From: the human T2T-CHM13v2.0 reference genome, Homo sapiens
Assembly (NCBI RefSeq): GCF_009914755.1
Contig: NC_060926.1
Length of the DNA stretch: 64,000 bases
Reading direction: 5' to 3' (one strand)
Part shown: positions 38,320 to 58,380 of the stretch, in pieces
How the letters are laid out: each line of letters starts with the position of its first letter
How positions within the stretch are numbered: the first letter of the stretch is position 1
Translations under genes and position numbers: made by a program
Notes under the pieces: generated by a model
Told to the model about the DNA's origin: nothing
Database searches by the model: none
What the model saw: only the letters and a program-made list of their open reading frames with translations

Positions 38320-40403
38320 TTAAATCTATATAGGTAGGTCCATTTTAATATGTACCATTTGAAAGTTTAATATAAAGAGACAGAGCCAGCTCCAGGCAAA
38401 ATTGGATAATAACTTACTCAAGAATAACCCTCGTTCAGTGTGCAAATTGCCTCCAGAAACCTGACCTCATTTGATCTTCACAGCAGGCTGGAGGGCACTA
38501 TTACTAGATTCATTTTTCAAATGAAGAAACTGAGGCTTGGCGGCCCCTCTGCCAGGTTCAGGGCCAGGCACTGGGTTATGAGAGCCGGGATTCCAGCCTG
38601 GGGCTCTTGTTGCTACTGGCCTGTCTCTCCCCTCATCTCTCGGGGTTTTGCCCTCACTTTAGGGATCCACTGCCCTAACTTCTTTGTGTTCAGGCTCTGT
38701 GTCCTTGAGACCCTCCACATTCCTCCCAGAAGACCCTGGAAGGAACAGAAAAGGAGCTTTGGCAAACAGGGCTGCTTTAGGTAGTACAGCAACCCCAGCA
38801 CAGAGGACCCTTGCAGGGCCTGGCCACATCCAGCCAAGGACCTCCCCGATCTCCTCCTCTTCCTCCTCCTCTCCCTCCATCCCTTCCCTTCTCCTCCTTC
38901 TCTTCCTCCTCTTAGGATCTCTCTTCCCTCTGCCCTGCTCTGCGGAACCACGTGCTATATGTGCCCACTCCTGGTGAGCTGATCTCTCAGCCCAGTTAAG
39001 AAGGCATCTTTCAAACGGTCCCTTGGATAGTGATCCTAGTGATGGGACCGACTTGGGGGAGAGGGGCTGCAAGTTGGCCTTGCTCCTTCCCAAGTCATCC
39101 CATGTGAATGGCTGCTTATTCTTCCAGAGGCCAGCCTGGAGTGACACTTTCAATTTTTTTTTTCACTTATAGCCCCACTTTGTGTAATCATCATGTTTTG
39201 ATCCTCTACTATGTGCTATATACAGTACATACATTTTAACGTATTCCCTATAATCACCCTATAAAAGGGAAATTGGGGGTTCAGAGAGGTTAAGTAAATT
39301 GCTCAAGTTGCACAGCCACGAGGTGCAGGGCCATTTGAATGCATGTTTCTCTGATTACAGAACCCATTCCTTCCCCTCCATATTCCACTGCCTGATTTCA
39401 AAGAGGTTACTAGAGAAAAGATAGAAAATCAGAACCAGAAAGAGGAGGAAAAGCCAAATTCTGTTCAGGAAGGCTAATGTGATTATTGTGAATGAACATT
39501 AAACCTGGCTCTAAGCTTCTTGGAAGCAAGAGAAGAAGAGAAGCGGGTGGGGAACACAAAGGACTCCATGCTTCTCTTTATAACATAGAGTTTCTACAAT
39601 AGAAGGAAATAACGTGTTTTTCCTTATTTTCAATTCCAAAAGTAATTTCTCATGTGTGATTTTATACAAGGACATTATGTAACAAAATGGATGTAGGTTT
39701 GAATAACCAGGTATATCAAAAGATGGAGAAACAATTGTCCTGTATAATGCACCCTTCATTATGCAGTCATTCAACAAAGACTGAGCACCTGCCACACTGC
39801 CTAGACTCAAAACATGTGCAAAAAGATAATAACCTTGCCATGTACTCAACCCCACAATGGAGGTGTGCCCGGAGGCTGCAGGAGCACACAGAAGTGACAT
39901 GGGGACCCTGCCTGGAAGGGTCCGATGACCTCAGGCAAGGTAACATTTGCCCAAAGTCTTGAAATTTGAGTTGGAATTTACTATTTATCTCCAAGAGGAG
40001 AAAAAGCATTCAAGGAAAAGGGAATAAAATGTGCAAAGGCATGAATGCTTGAGGCCTGAGATGTCGCTTATCAGTGGGCAAGTGCAGGACTCCTAGGTGT
40101 CAGCCAGCCTGAGGAGGACCTTACAGGGCAGGACAGAATCCAGTTCAGGTTCAGGACTCAAGGAACAGAGGCCAGAGACAGGAGGGGTGCGAAACAGGGA
40201 GTCCCAAAGGAGGTGGTTGTAAAATTGAGTGTGGGAGTGGATGTCAAGGCCCTTAATAGGGGCCACTCCAGGGACTATTGCTGGGGAAGAACCGACAGAC
40301 ATGAGAGAGAGACGGGAGGGGGATTCCACTGTGTTAACTCAGAGGATGACCCCATTTACAAGGTGAGTGGGGTGAAGGTGAGCTCAGCTGGAAGCCATGC
40401 CAA

Positions 40404-44468
<4,065 letters not shown>

Positions 44469-45069
44469 TAGTCAGGATGGTCTCGATCTCCTGACCTCGT
44501 GATCCGCCCACCTCGGCCTCCCAAAGTGCTGGGATTACAGGCGTAAGCCACCGCACCCGGCCTGCCCTTTTTTTTTTTAAACCATGTAGGGAGATGATTT
44601 GAGCTCATGCTCTCTGATGTCATTTTTTGGAGGGGAACCTTCTTAAAGTTTCCTTCACTGAATATTCTGCTCACTGATCAGGACTGTTGTTTGAGACAAA
44701 TGTTCATTCAGAGGATGTGTCCCAATAGCTCTGCAGATTCATTCACTTATTTCTTGACTGTATACCCATGTGTATGTGCTGATCTATAATGTCTTCCCCT
44801 TGGCTTACAAAAAAATAACATCATTGTCTCCATGCAGTCAGTGGGATTTATGGAACACTTACTATGTGCTAAGCCCCATGCCAGGCACTTGGATAAGAGA
44901 TGAGTATGTTCTTGGGGGTCCTTCCCTTGAGGAACTCACATTTAGGAGGAGGGAAAGGTGGACCCACAAGCCCCTATGAGCACCAGAGGCATCAGAGCCA
45001 CTTCCCACATCTCACCTGTTGCCTCAACTAAGACCCTGCAAGGTGAACCTTCCTTGCTTGCTTGCTTGA

Positions 45070-47930
<2,861 letters not shown>

Positions 47931-50900
47931 ACAATGAAACTAAGGCAGAAAGAGGTTAAATAGTGTGCCTGAGTGGTTAAGCCCAATTCACATCCCTGAG
48001 GAAGTACAAATGATCAGTAAACATCTGAAAAGGTGTTCAACTGCCTTAGAGGTCAAGGAGCTGAAATGTACACACCAACAGCACTAACAGCACTCATTTT
48101 TCTTTCATCCAGTGGGGCTAAATTTGCAAAGGTTTGGAGGTGGGGACTGATACTCACATGCCCTACTGGTGGGTGCATGAATTGCTCCAAACTTTGGGAA
48201 AGCAATCTGGCAGAATGTATTATTAAAATGTTTAGCACATACACCCTTGACCCTACACCTCAGAAACAAAATCTCTGGAATATAAAGTTATATGTTAGCT
48301 CTTATAGAGCTAACATAAATAATTATTTAGATGTCTGTAGTTACAATAAGCTTTATATGATGGTGTTTAGAAATATCTATAAAGCAAGCCCTGGGGATAA
48401 TTCTAACACATGCTACAGTTTGGGGATGTAAGCTCAAACTGTCATCCATCTAGTGACTTAAAGTTTGTCTTCTATTCTAAAATATATCAACACACACACA
48501 TATATGTGCACATGTAAATATATACAAATAAAATATTGTAGTGAAATAAAATACCTTTTTTTGTTTGTTAGTTGGTGTTGAGAAAAGCTCTAGCTCTGTT
48601 GCCCAGAATGGAATGCAGTGGAACAATCATGGTTCACTGCAGCATCAAACTCCTGGGCTCAAGTGATCCTCCCGCCTCAGCCTCCTAAGTAGCTGGAACC
48701 AAAGTGTGTGCCACCATGCCTGGCTAATTTTTTAAAAAAATATTTTTATAGAAATGGAGGGTCTCAGTGTTGTCCAGGCTCATCTTGAACTCCTGGATTC
48801 AAGCCTTCCTCCTACCTCAGCCTCCCAAAGTGCTGGGATTAAAGGCATGAGGCACTATGTCTGGCCTTGAAAGGAATTTTTATTCAGTCTTTTCCAGATG
48901 TTTTTGCTTTTTTCTGGTGCTAGTCCTAAGAAAATTAAGAAGTCCTAAGAAAACTCTTCCCAACATGTAAAACATGCATTCGTTGGTTATTATGGCAATA
49001 TTCCCTGCATGAGTAATTTTGGTGGTTAGCTTCTGTCTCATCATTTCTAGAAAAAATTTTATTTCTGTCATAACCCCTAATGCTTAGTAAAAAGGCTCTT
49101 TCTTTGTATGTTGGTCTTCTTCTTGCAAATTAGACACCCAGTATCAGCTAGTATTTCATTGTTGAGGACCAGCCCTGTACTGTAGAACTCTGGTTTCAGG
49201 GCCGCTACTTGCCATGGTAGCTCATGGCTGTGCTCTTTCTTTCTTCCTTGTTCCACTTCACAACATCTCACACAGGACAAAAACAGAGCAGATATGTTTA
49301 GATCCTCTGATGTTAATTGAGGCCACTTTGCTTTTTGAGAAATACAAAATTTGGCCCCAAAACATCCATCCAGATTGTATACAGAGTCTATAGTGACCTC
49401 TCCAATATGACCTCCTGCTTTAACAGAATCAGTTCAGGTTCTGGATATTTTTACCAAACTCAAGTTAGCTGCAACTGCTCGAGTTTTCATCAATTCAGAT
49501 ACAAAACCATTTACTTTCTTTGATTTAAACAATAAGAATCACAAAACTAGATCTTACATACAAAGTACACCTCACTAAATTGGGGGATTGGTAAATAAAT
49601 TAAATTAAAAGTGGTTATTATCTATTGCCATTTATATATTTCCTTGTAATCATTTCCAATCTTGGTACCCATCCCTCATCAGATGGTGCCTGGCGCTCCT
49701 CTGTGCAAATGTCCTCTCTTCTCTTTCCACAAAGGCAAAATGCTGTTTTCTATATTTAGGAATACTATCAACTTGTTGTTACTGTTGCCATTACTTCATA
49801 GTCACCTACTCATATGTACAGTTTCTAAACTAAAATATGGCAAGAAACTTGTCAATGAAGACAATTCCATGTAAAATTTTAGGCGTGTTTCTTTTTCTGC
49901 AGAGTAATTGACTGATTCTCAAATTTTACGGGGCTAGTTTAGGCACAGCTCTTCCCTCTGAGATCTTCATTTTCTGAGAAACTAACTCTGAATCTGTGTC
50001 CTGATGAGGATCTGCCGTCACACATACCACAAAGTGCCACCCGTGTCAATCATGAAAGTCCGCACTCAAACTGACACCCAAAATTGATATCACAGCAGAG
50101 AAACAAGGACATAGAGCACAACTGAGAGGAAGAGCTGTCTCAGCCATGCAGCCAAATGCTTAGGACCAAATAAGGAATCCACACCTCACACGCTCTGGGT
50201 TGGAGAAGATGGGACCGCATTAGACAAGTTGGTTTTTCGTTTGTTTGTTTGTTTGTTTGTTTGTTTGTGAGATGGACTCTTGCCCTGTTCCCCAGGCTGG
50301 AGTGCCCTGGCACCATCTCGGCTCACTGCAACCTCCGCCACCTCTGTTCAAGCAATTCTCCTGCCTTAGCCTCCCAATTGGCTGAGATTACAGGCATCCA
50401 CCAACACGCCCGGCTAATTTTTTATTTTTATTTCTAGTAGAGACGGGGTTTCACCAGTTGGCCAGGCTGGTCTTGAACTGATGACCTCAGGTGATCCGCC
50501 GCTCTCAGCCTTTCAATGTGCTGGGATTACAGGCGTGAGCCACCGCACCTGGCCTAGATAAGTACTTTTGAGGGATAAGATGGAAATATCTGAAATGTTT
50601 GGCTAGAGATGTTCTTTATATTGTTTTTCCTTCCATCTCTCTGCCTGTTACTTGTATCCTAGACTAACAACCAAGGCTCCTTTCGATGGAAATTATTCTA
50701 CTCTCTTAGCTGTTGCCTCTTTCTGCCTATAGAACATCTTGCACACCACTACCTGACCAGATTTTATAACTCAGCATTCAAGTGAAGCTCCTATCATAGT
50801 CCAAACTCTTCCTTATGGTATCCTTGCTTTTCAGTACTAATCTGAGATACTCCTGCTGCTTTTCTTCAGAACAAATAGCTCTTTCAATAAAGCTAATGTC

Positions 50901-50953
50901 AGGAAACTTGCCATGCAAATAAACACAACATATAAATTGAAACATAATCTATT

Positions 50954-51789
50954 TTATTTTTTACAATAACAAACCTCTTAAGTGCATTTATGTCCTTAAT
51001 GAAAGAGTTGTTTGCTTTTCCAAGTTCTGCATTTTCTTTTCTAAATTGTTCCCATTTTCCTTATACTTTCTACAATATTCTCATGATGCTTCATTGTTTC
51101 TTTTCGGGCCAGCCTCTCTCTCTTCTCCACTGCCTTTTGAAAAGCTGAGCAGTTGGACCTTGGAAAGATGCCCTACCAGCTCCAGGCACAATGCTGATAG
51201 AGGATGCCAATCTGGGATGATGGCACATTTTCTGTGACAGCTAGTACGACAACCTGGTTACTGGCTGCTAGCATTCTCTGCCCATCAGTGGTCTCTAGAT
51301 AGTGCACTGTGTACGTCACCAGCAATAGAGTGGCTCCTCTAGTCCATTATCTTTTCTGCAGTCCCTGTGCACCAAGAGTATCATTACTAGTTAGTTCTAA
51401 AGCTCCTCACTGAGTAATGGCAGTGTGCTGCCCACTGATAGTTTGGTAAGCTGGAGCTTGTACCATCACTGCAACAACAGCAGATGACACTGCTTTCTCA
51501 TCTTCATACTTTTCTCTAATTCCTGGCTTTCCAGGTGCATGGAAGGATACACTACTCAATATTATCCTGTTGGAAATGCTCTTGGACAGTATCTGTCTTA
51601 CCTGTTAAGAATCAGATATCCATGAGCTGTATTCTGAGAATCTTTACCCTTTATACTTATGAAGATGTGAGTTGCAGAAAAACACTTCTTAAATCTTTGG
51701 TAGAATTCTTCTGGACCACTCTCGATATAAGAAGCTTTCCTGAATGACTCCAGCTCTGTGGAAACCATGTCGATCCTCCATGCACGATG
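50954..51789 (-). pseudogene. CREB1-like (CREB/ATF1/CREM family) diverged processed pseudogene
   Basis: Colinear with CREB1: GVIQ; alpha-peptide-like STKDLRSVFSATH; KID-like ILSKSISNRIILSSVSFHAPG; YQTISGQHTAITQ*GALELTSNDTLGAQGLQ; TTDGQRMLAASNQVVVLA; bZIP EAS*EYCRKYKENGNNLEKKMQNLEKQ. Intronless, with stops and frameshifts. Confidence 0.85.
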
Positions 51790-52399
51790 CTACAAAAAAA
51801 ATCACAGAAATTTGTCTTGATCATCCTTTTTGATTCGTACAGGCTTCTTCCTTCCTATTAAAGTGATTGTTTTATTAATAGGATTAGGGTAATGTAGTGT
51901 TCTCTGTGCATGTTTCCCGAATATGTTTGGAAATAAACTACAGGTGAGGGAAGAGACTCACAAGGGAATTCCAGGTGGCTGGGATTAAAGAATGGGTGAG
52001 TGAATAAATGATCTGTTTCCAAGATTGGATTAAAAGAAAAAATTGCCACTGATCTCTTTTCCACATTGTGATTATATTGCCCTCTTCTCTCAGTTGTCTC
52101 TAGATTTTCTGCCTATCTCCCAGATTATTCTGCCTATCTCCCAGAAAATTCAGAAAGAAAGATATTTTCTTTCTGAAATTTTCAAGTAATAAAATAATGA
52201 ATTTAAGCTCCCCCTATAAAATAAGGTCATGTGTGTTCCTAAAAGTTAGAAAGGTTAGAAGTATAAAATTCCAGTATGTATTAGGTGACTGTCCTCAGCC
52301 ATTTTAAGGAAACCTCAGAAGAATAACAAGGATAGAAAATTAAATCCTAAAATACTATAAAAATGTGAGATAAATGTAAAAACATTCTGTTAATTCAAA

Positions 52400-52820
52400 T
52401 TTTTAAAAATGCCATTTATTTGGACTATGCCCCAACAGACCAAATCAAAATGCAGCTATTCTTGCTAAAGTTCTGCATCCCTGAGTTTTTAATTACATTG
52501 TTTACCTGACTTAGTAAAAAATCAGGACGGATGCATAATAGCCAAATGCTAAAACAGGCCAGCTTTAGCCAGCATGATAAGGAAGTCCTCCATTCTTTCA
52601 TCTATGCAAGAAGAGTAACCTGATGTTAACCATTTCGTTTGTTGTATTATTTTGTTTCTTTGTTCCTGTTCAAGAAACCTTACAAAAACTGGCTCTTGTC
52701 CCATATCCAGCACAGAAACTCTCTATTTTTGGATGAGATATTTCCTGATTTTTGAATCACAGTTAGAAGCCAATTTGATCATTTAGCTAAATTTGCAAAA
52801 ATTTTGTCTTTTCATATCTT
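52400..52820. mobile_element. Old MER4-group LTR fragment (MER34-like)
   Basis: ccccaacagaccaaatcaaaatg and cagcatgataaggaagtcc motifs; assignment from memory. Confidence 0.4.
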
Positions 52821-52870
52821 CAAATATACAATGAGAAAACCCAAAGAGATATGAGAAAATCTGGCCAAAA

Positions 52871-52871
<1 letters not shown>

Positions 52872-52908
<37 letters not shown>
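52872..52908. repeat. (CA)n microsatellite
   Basis: Read directly from the sequence. Confidence 0.95.
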
Positions 52909-55900
52909 CAGGAGTTAAACTGAGAACAGAAATAACATTTTCTGATTTGAAGGCAGTCGAATTTTTATTGTCTAATAACAGTAAATTTATTTTACATAAT
53001 CTTGAATTTTTGGTTACTAGCAATGAGTCAAAGGGAAGCTCACGGGAGGACACCTGGGTAGACATTCCTCTCTGAGTCTGCAGCATCATCAGCTGTAGTT
53101 AGTTGAAATGATAAATTAAATTATGCCGGCTAAATTGAGAACACAAGACAAGAACTCTATGTATGCTACTATTATGCATTTGCTTTATTTTGCCACAAAT
53201 AATTTTCCTTTCTTTTCTTTTCTTTTGAGACAGAGTCGTACTCTGGCACCCAGGGTGAAGTGCAGTGGCATAATCTCAGCTCACTGCAGCCTGCACCTTC
53301 GGGGTTCAAGCAAGTCTCCAGCCCCGTGTCTGAAGTAGCTGGGATTACAGATGCCCACCACGTCTGGCTAATTTTCGTAATTTTGGTAGAGACAGGGTTT
53401 CACTATGTTGGCCAGGCTTGTCTTGAACTCCTGACCTCAAGTTATCTGCCCGCCTCAGCCTCCCAACATGTAATTTTCTTTTTTTAACTATATGGTTAAC
53501 ACATGTTAGTTCCTTCCTGGGCTCATATTCCTTGATGTGATCTTTATGCTATGGCTTTCCCAGAATTTCATCATAGACTGTGATCTCTTCTCATTTTGTA
53601 TACTCTTCCTTAAATTTCATATCACTTCTCTGGTTTGAACTACACACATACTATGTTTCCACATCAGTTTTTAATTTTATTTCTATGAAGAATTTTACTT
53701 CTGCCCCCCAAAATGTGACAAGGCAAATGGATCAATAACCTCTTCAGGAGGTGAGAAGGAATCTTAGGTTTCTGATATAACTGGCAAAGTTCCCAGTGTC
53801 TTACCTTAATTTTATTTCTGAATTTTAGGAATGTCCCAGGCGAGAATAATTATAATAGAAGTTATCAAAACAGAAGAATGTAATTAATTTTTGGTTTAAT
53901 GGCTGAGAAAATTTACCAACCTATATCTTAAATGTCCTTAGTGGCTAATACCACTTGTATGTACAAGTAAATCTAAGCTAAATAAGATTAGCTACAAAAT
54001 TTTCTTTGAATAAATGACAAACAAAATTGGTAACAAGGTAATATTGAGAGTGTAATGGCTGCTGCTTATGGAAATTTTAGTGTCAATAGAGAACGCTCAG
54101 GAACTTTACATGGAAGCAGAAAGGAAAATTGGGTTGAAAGCCCAGAAAGTAAAATTCCACAATGTGAGATCACTTGGAGAGACACAAATTTCAGAAGGTA
54201 ATAGACTTCTCCTGTTACCTAGTAAAGTGCTACAAAAAATGTGTGGGAGGAGAAGAGAGAAAGTTAACTAAGCAGTCTAGGTAGTACAGACAGAAAGAAT
54301 AAGGAAGCATTGCTGATAAGTATTTTCATAATTTGGATAATCACCTTGATTTAGCCATCAATTTAAGAGATTAAAAGACACATAAGATCCTTCTTGCCAT
54401 ATGATCCTTAGTTAGCCAGTTGCTGAATGGGGAAACATCGGGCACCTAGACAGTGGTAAAAAGCAGGGTTTACTTATTCCTGAATACTCATTCCCGGTTC
54501 GAACTAAAAGCAACTCTTTAGTAAAGGATCACCTGATTTTCATTGAACACAAGCTCTGGGTATTTCTTCTGCTCTGTCTGTCATTGAATTTTTTTTTTCT
54601 TCTAAATCAAAGAAAAAAAAAAGAAAAAGAAAAGGCCAGACCCAGTGGCACATGCCTCTAATCCCAATGCTTTGGGCGATTGAGGTAGGAAGGTTATTAG
54701 AGTTCACAACTTCGAGACCACCATGGGCAACACAGCAAGACCTTGTCTCTGGCAAAATAAATAAATAAATAAATAAATAAATAGATAAAAATAAATAAAA
54801 TAAAATAAAGGAAATAAAAATAAACATTTAATGTGTATTCAGCATTTCCAGATACATCTGGCAGCTCAGTGTGCTGCATGCCTTAGCTTGAAGGAAGAGG
54901 ATGGGAACAGAAGTATTGTAGAAAGCACCATGTCATTTCCTTACATTCAGGTCCTCTTGCTCAGGATGTTTTTTCAGTTTTCTCGCTGAACAGCAGATGG
55001 CAACAAATTTCACTTTCTTGCAAATAAAGATGAAATCCAGTTGTTGAAAGTAACAGTCGTTTTTTTGATTACCTCCTCTTTTTAGATAAGTAGATGAAAA
55101 AATATAGCCCCCATTTACTTAAAATTGGGATCTTTATTAGAGTAAATTAGCCTGTGCCCTAACTGATCCCATGAGAGGTTTTCGCTGATACTGGGTATCT
55201 GTGAGAAATGTACCCTCAGGTTTATGAGACTGAATAAATTACAGATGATACAAATTCTTTACATATTAGTCATAATTGATCTCTTGTTTATAATCCAAGA
55301 TATTTTCTTTCCTCTTTTTGTTTTAACATAGGTTTCTCAATTTATTATAAAAATATGCACTCTCTATCATCTGTATTCCTCTTTATAATGTAAGTGTGTT
55401 TTGTATATTTCTACAGTAAATGAGATGGAAATCATTTTATTCTTAGTGAGTAGCTTAATATGTATGTCAATTTAATTCCTGACAGTCTCCATCATTGTAA
55501 GTCCTTTTTTATATTTTCTTATCACTAAGAATCTTCGTATTTTCCTGGTACATGTTGGCCATCCTCAGAAAATTTCAAAATCAACCTTATAGAATAAAAA
55601 TAAGATACAATTGTTTCAAATATATAAATAATGAAAGTTCATTAGCATGTGAATCTTGACACTAATCTTCTTATGTTTTTTGACATTATCCTTTAATATT
55701 TTCTATCATATTATGCTACCCATATTTTGGGAAATTTTCCTAATTCTATTACAGAAAAATATTTGTTTATATTAATTCTTTTATTCTTATGTAAGGAGAA
55801 TATTAAGAACTTCATATATCCAGAGCACAACAATCCAGGTCTGGAACAAAGCCGGCATTTTTGTAAACATATATTCACATATAATTTTTTTTTTTTTGAG

Positions 55901-56509
55901 ACGAGGTCTCATTCTGTCACCCAGGCTGGAGTGCTGTGGTGCAATCTTAGCTTATTGTAGCCTTAAACTCCTGGACCGACGTGGTCCTCCCACCTCAGCC
56001 TTGTGAGTAGCTAAGATTACAGGTGTGAGCCACCACGTATGTCTTATATATACATATATATTTTGTAGAGATGGGGTGTTACTATATTGCCTAGGCTGGT
56101 CTCAAACCTCAAGCAATCTTCCTGCCACGACTTTCCAAAGTGCTGGGATCACAGGCATGAGCTACCATGCCAAGCCATAAAAAACTTTAAATTGTGTTTT
56201 CGTGTAAACAGTTGAAATGCGGTGATGAAGGGTGCTATTAAGGTTATGAAAAAAATGGCTTTGAGCCTAAATATAAAAGATTACATAAACTCCATTTTAT
56301 TGACAAGATGAGATGCAAAGTCATCTCCTGAGAAAGAGAAGGAGGATTGGGCTTGTTGTTACAGTAAAGTTATAGATTATTCAGTGATGAGATGGAGTGA
56401 AAGTGGTAAATTATGTGGTAAATATTATTTTTATTAATAATATTTTAATATTACAGCAGATATTTATTTTTTATTGTGTTAGGTATTATAATAAACTCTT
56501 TAGTGGCAC

Positions 56510-57591
56510 TGAGAAATGACAACATGCTAGCAGCCCTCGCTCGCCCTGGGTGCCTCCTCAGCCTCGGTGTCTACTCTGGCCGCGCTCCAGGAGCCCTTCA
56601 GCCCGCCGCTGCGCTATGAGGGACCCCTCTGGTGCTGGCCTAGGCCAGAGCTGGCTACCTCTGCTGAAGGGGAAGTGTGAAGAGAGACGCGCCAGCAGGA
56701 GCCTGGGCCGCGCCCATCTCTTGCGGACTAGCGAGGGTTCGGCAAGTCCCGCACTCAGCGCAGCCCGTCGGAGCCTGCTGGGCTTGATAGGAGGCTGAAT
56801 CCCGTGAATAGACCCCCGTTCCCTCTTCGCGGGATCGTTGGCCACGATAGTAGGTCTCCGTCTCTTTCTCGCTCCCCCTCTTTTCCTCTGGATTGTCTGG
56901 GACGAGCTCCCTCTGGGATGCCAGAGTGCCCGGGCTAGGTGCCACAAAGTCCAGCGGCAAGTGCCAGTGAGAGGTGAAGCCAGCTGGGCTTCTGGGATGG
57001 GTGGGGACTTGGAGAACTTTTCTGTCTAAAGGATTGTAAACACACCAGTCAGCACTCTGTGTCTAGCTAAAGGTTTGTAAACACACCAATCAGGGCTCTG
57101 TGTCTAGCTAATCAGATGCGGACATGGAGAACTTTTCTGTCTAGCTAAAGGATTGTAAAAGCACCAATCAGCACTCTGTCAAAATGGACCAATCAGCGCT
57201 CTGTAAAATGGACCAATCAGCAGGATGTGGGTGTGGCCAGAGAAGGAATAAAAGCAGGGCACCTGCGCCAGCAGGCGCAACCTGCTAGGGTCCGTTACCA
57301 CACTGTGGAGGCTTTGTTCTTTTTGTTATTTAAAATAAATCTTGCTGCTGTTCACTGTTTGGGTCCACCCCGTGTTTATGAGCTATAACACTCACCTCAA
57401 GGTCTGCAGCTTCACTCCTGAAGTCGGTGAGACCACGAACCCACCAGAAGGAAGAAGCTCCGTACACATTTGAACATCTGAAGGAACAAACTCTTGACAC
57501 ACTATCTTTAAGAACTGTAACACTCACCGCCATGGGCCGTGGCTTCGTTCTTGAAGTCAGTGAGACCGAGAACCCACCAATTCTGGATACA
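56510..57591 (+). mobile_element. LTR12 (ERV9) solo LTR
   Basis: TG...CA ends, GC-rich U3, tandem CTGTGTCTAGCTAAAGG..CACCAATCAG repeats, AATAAA-type TATA box near 57247, near-TSD gcac/gcat. Confidence 0.9.
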
Positions 57592-57879
57592 GCATGATGT
57601 GACCTGACTCTCAACCAGTGGTCGTTGGAATGTTGGTCTATTACCCACATTTCATTGGAGACGGCAACACACTGCAAAATGAAGAGTACAGATGTGGGAG
57701 ACTAGTTGCCTTAGTTCAGATCTGTTAAATTTCCCACAGTTCAGTTTTTTATTGTAAATATTGGACTATAGAGGTTTTTATATTTGAAGCATTTAAAACA
57801 CATGCGTACCACATGATAAGTTCTCAATAAATGTAAGCTTTGTAAGCTCTCATCACTAGGCTTGATAATTAACAACACT

Positions 57880-58380
57880 TTGGCAAAGTGAGTCTAGCTC
57901 AATGCAGGGCAGGTGAGCCTCAAAATGGGGCTTAACCTTTGAGAGTCCTTGACTTTGCCCAGGAAAGGATTCAAGGGCAAGCCAAAGGTAGAGGTAAACA
58001 GCTTTATTGAAGCAGTAGCGTTTCAGCTCTGGTGATGTTACAGCTTTGTGGCTGCTCCCACAGAGCAGGGCTACTCCATGGGCAGAGATTAGCAGCTCAC
58101 AGCAGTTTTGCAGTCATGGTTACACCTACTTTTAATAGCATGTAGACTAAGGGGTTTATGCAGAAATTTCTAGAGAAAGGGTAATTTGGGATGTCAAGTC
58201 ATTGCCATGGAATGGGTGATAACTCCTGGGTGTTGCCATGGCAATGGTAACCTGCTCTGGCGCACTGGTGGGCGTGTCTTTTGGAAAGTTGCTTCTGCCT
58301 GGTCCCTGTTTTAGCTAATCCTCAATTTGGTTTGGTGTCTGAGCCCTACCTCGAAAGTCAAGTTTAGCCTCCTACCTTGA
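57880..58380 (-). mobile_element. ERV1-class LTR (MER31-like)
   Basis: Motif ggggcttaacc...ctttgcccaggaaaggattcaagggc and later text typical of MER4-group LTRs; subfamily uncertain. Confidence 0.55.

Noticed and set aside
38613-39153. Arg/Glu-rich ORFs
   Set aside because: They derive from a low-complexity CCT/CTT tract.
52020-52033. DUX4-like site (AGATTGGATTA) upstream of the CREB relic
   Set aside because: One mismatch to the consensus in AT-rich DNA; expected by chance.
54068-54271. 67-aa ORF with coiled-coil-like composition (MEILVSIENAQELYMEAERK)
   Set aside because: I could not match it to TRIM or any other family; no clear splice context.
57020-57225. Repeat array superficially like CRISPR direct repeats
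   Set aside because: These are LTR12 U3 enhancer repeats with no unique spacers, in a eukaryotic context.
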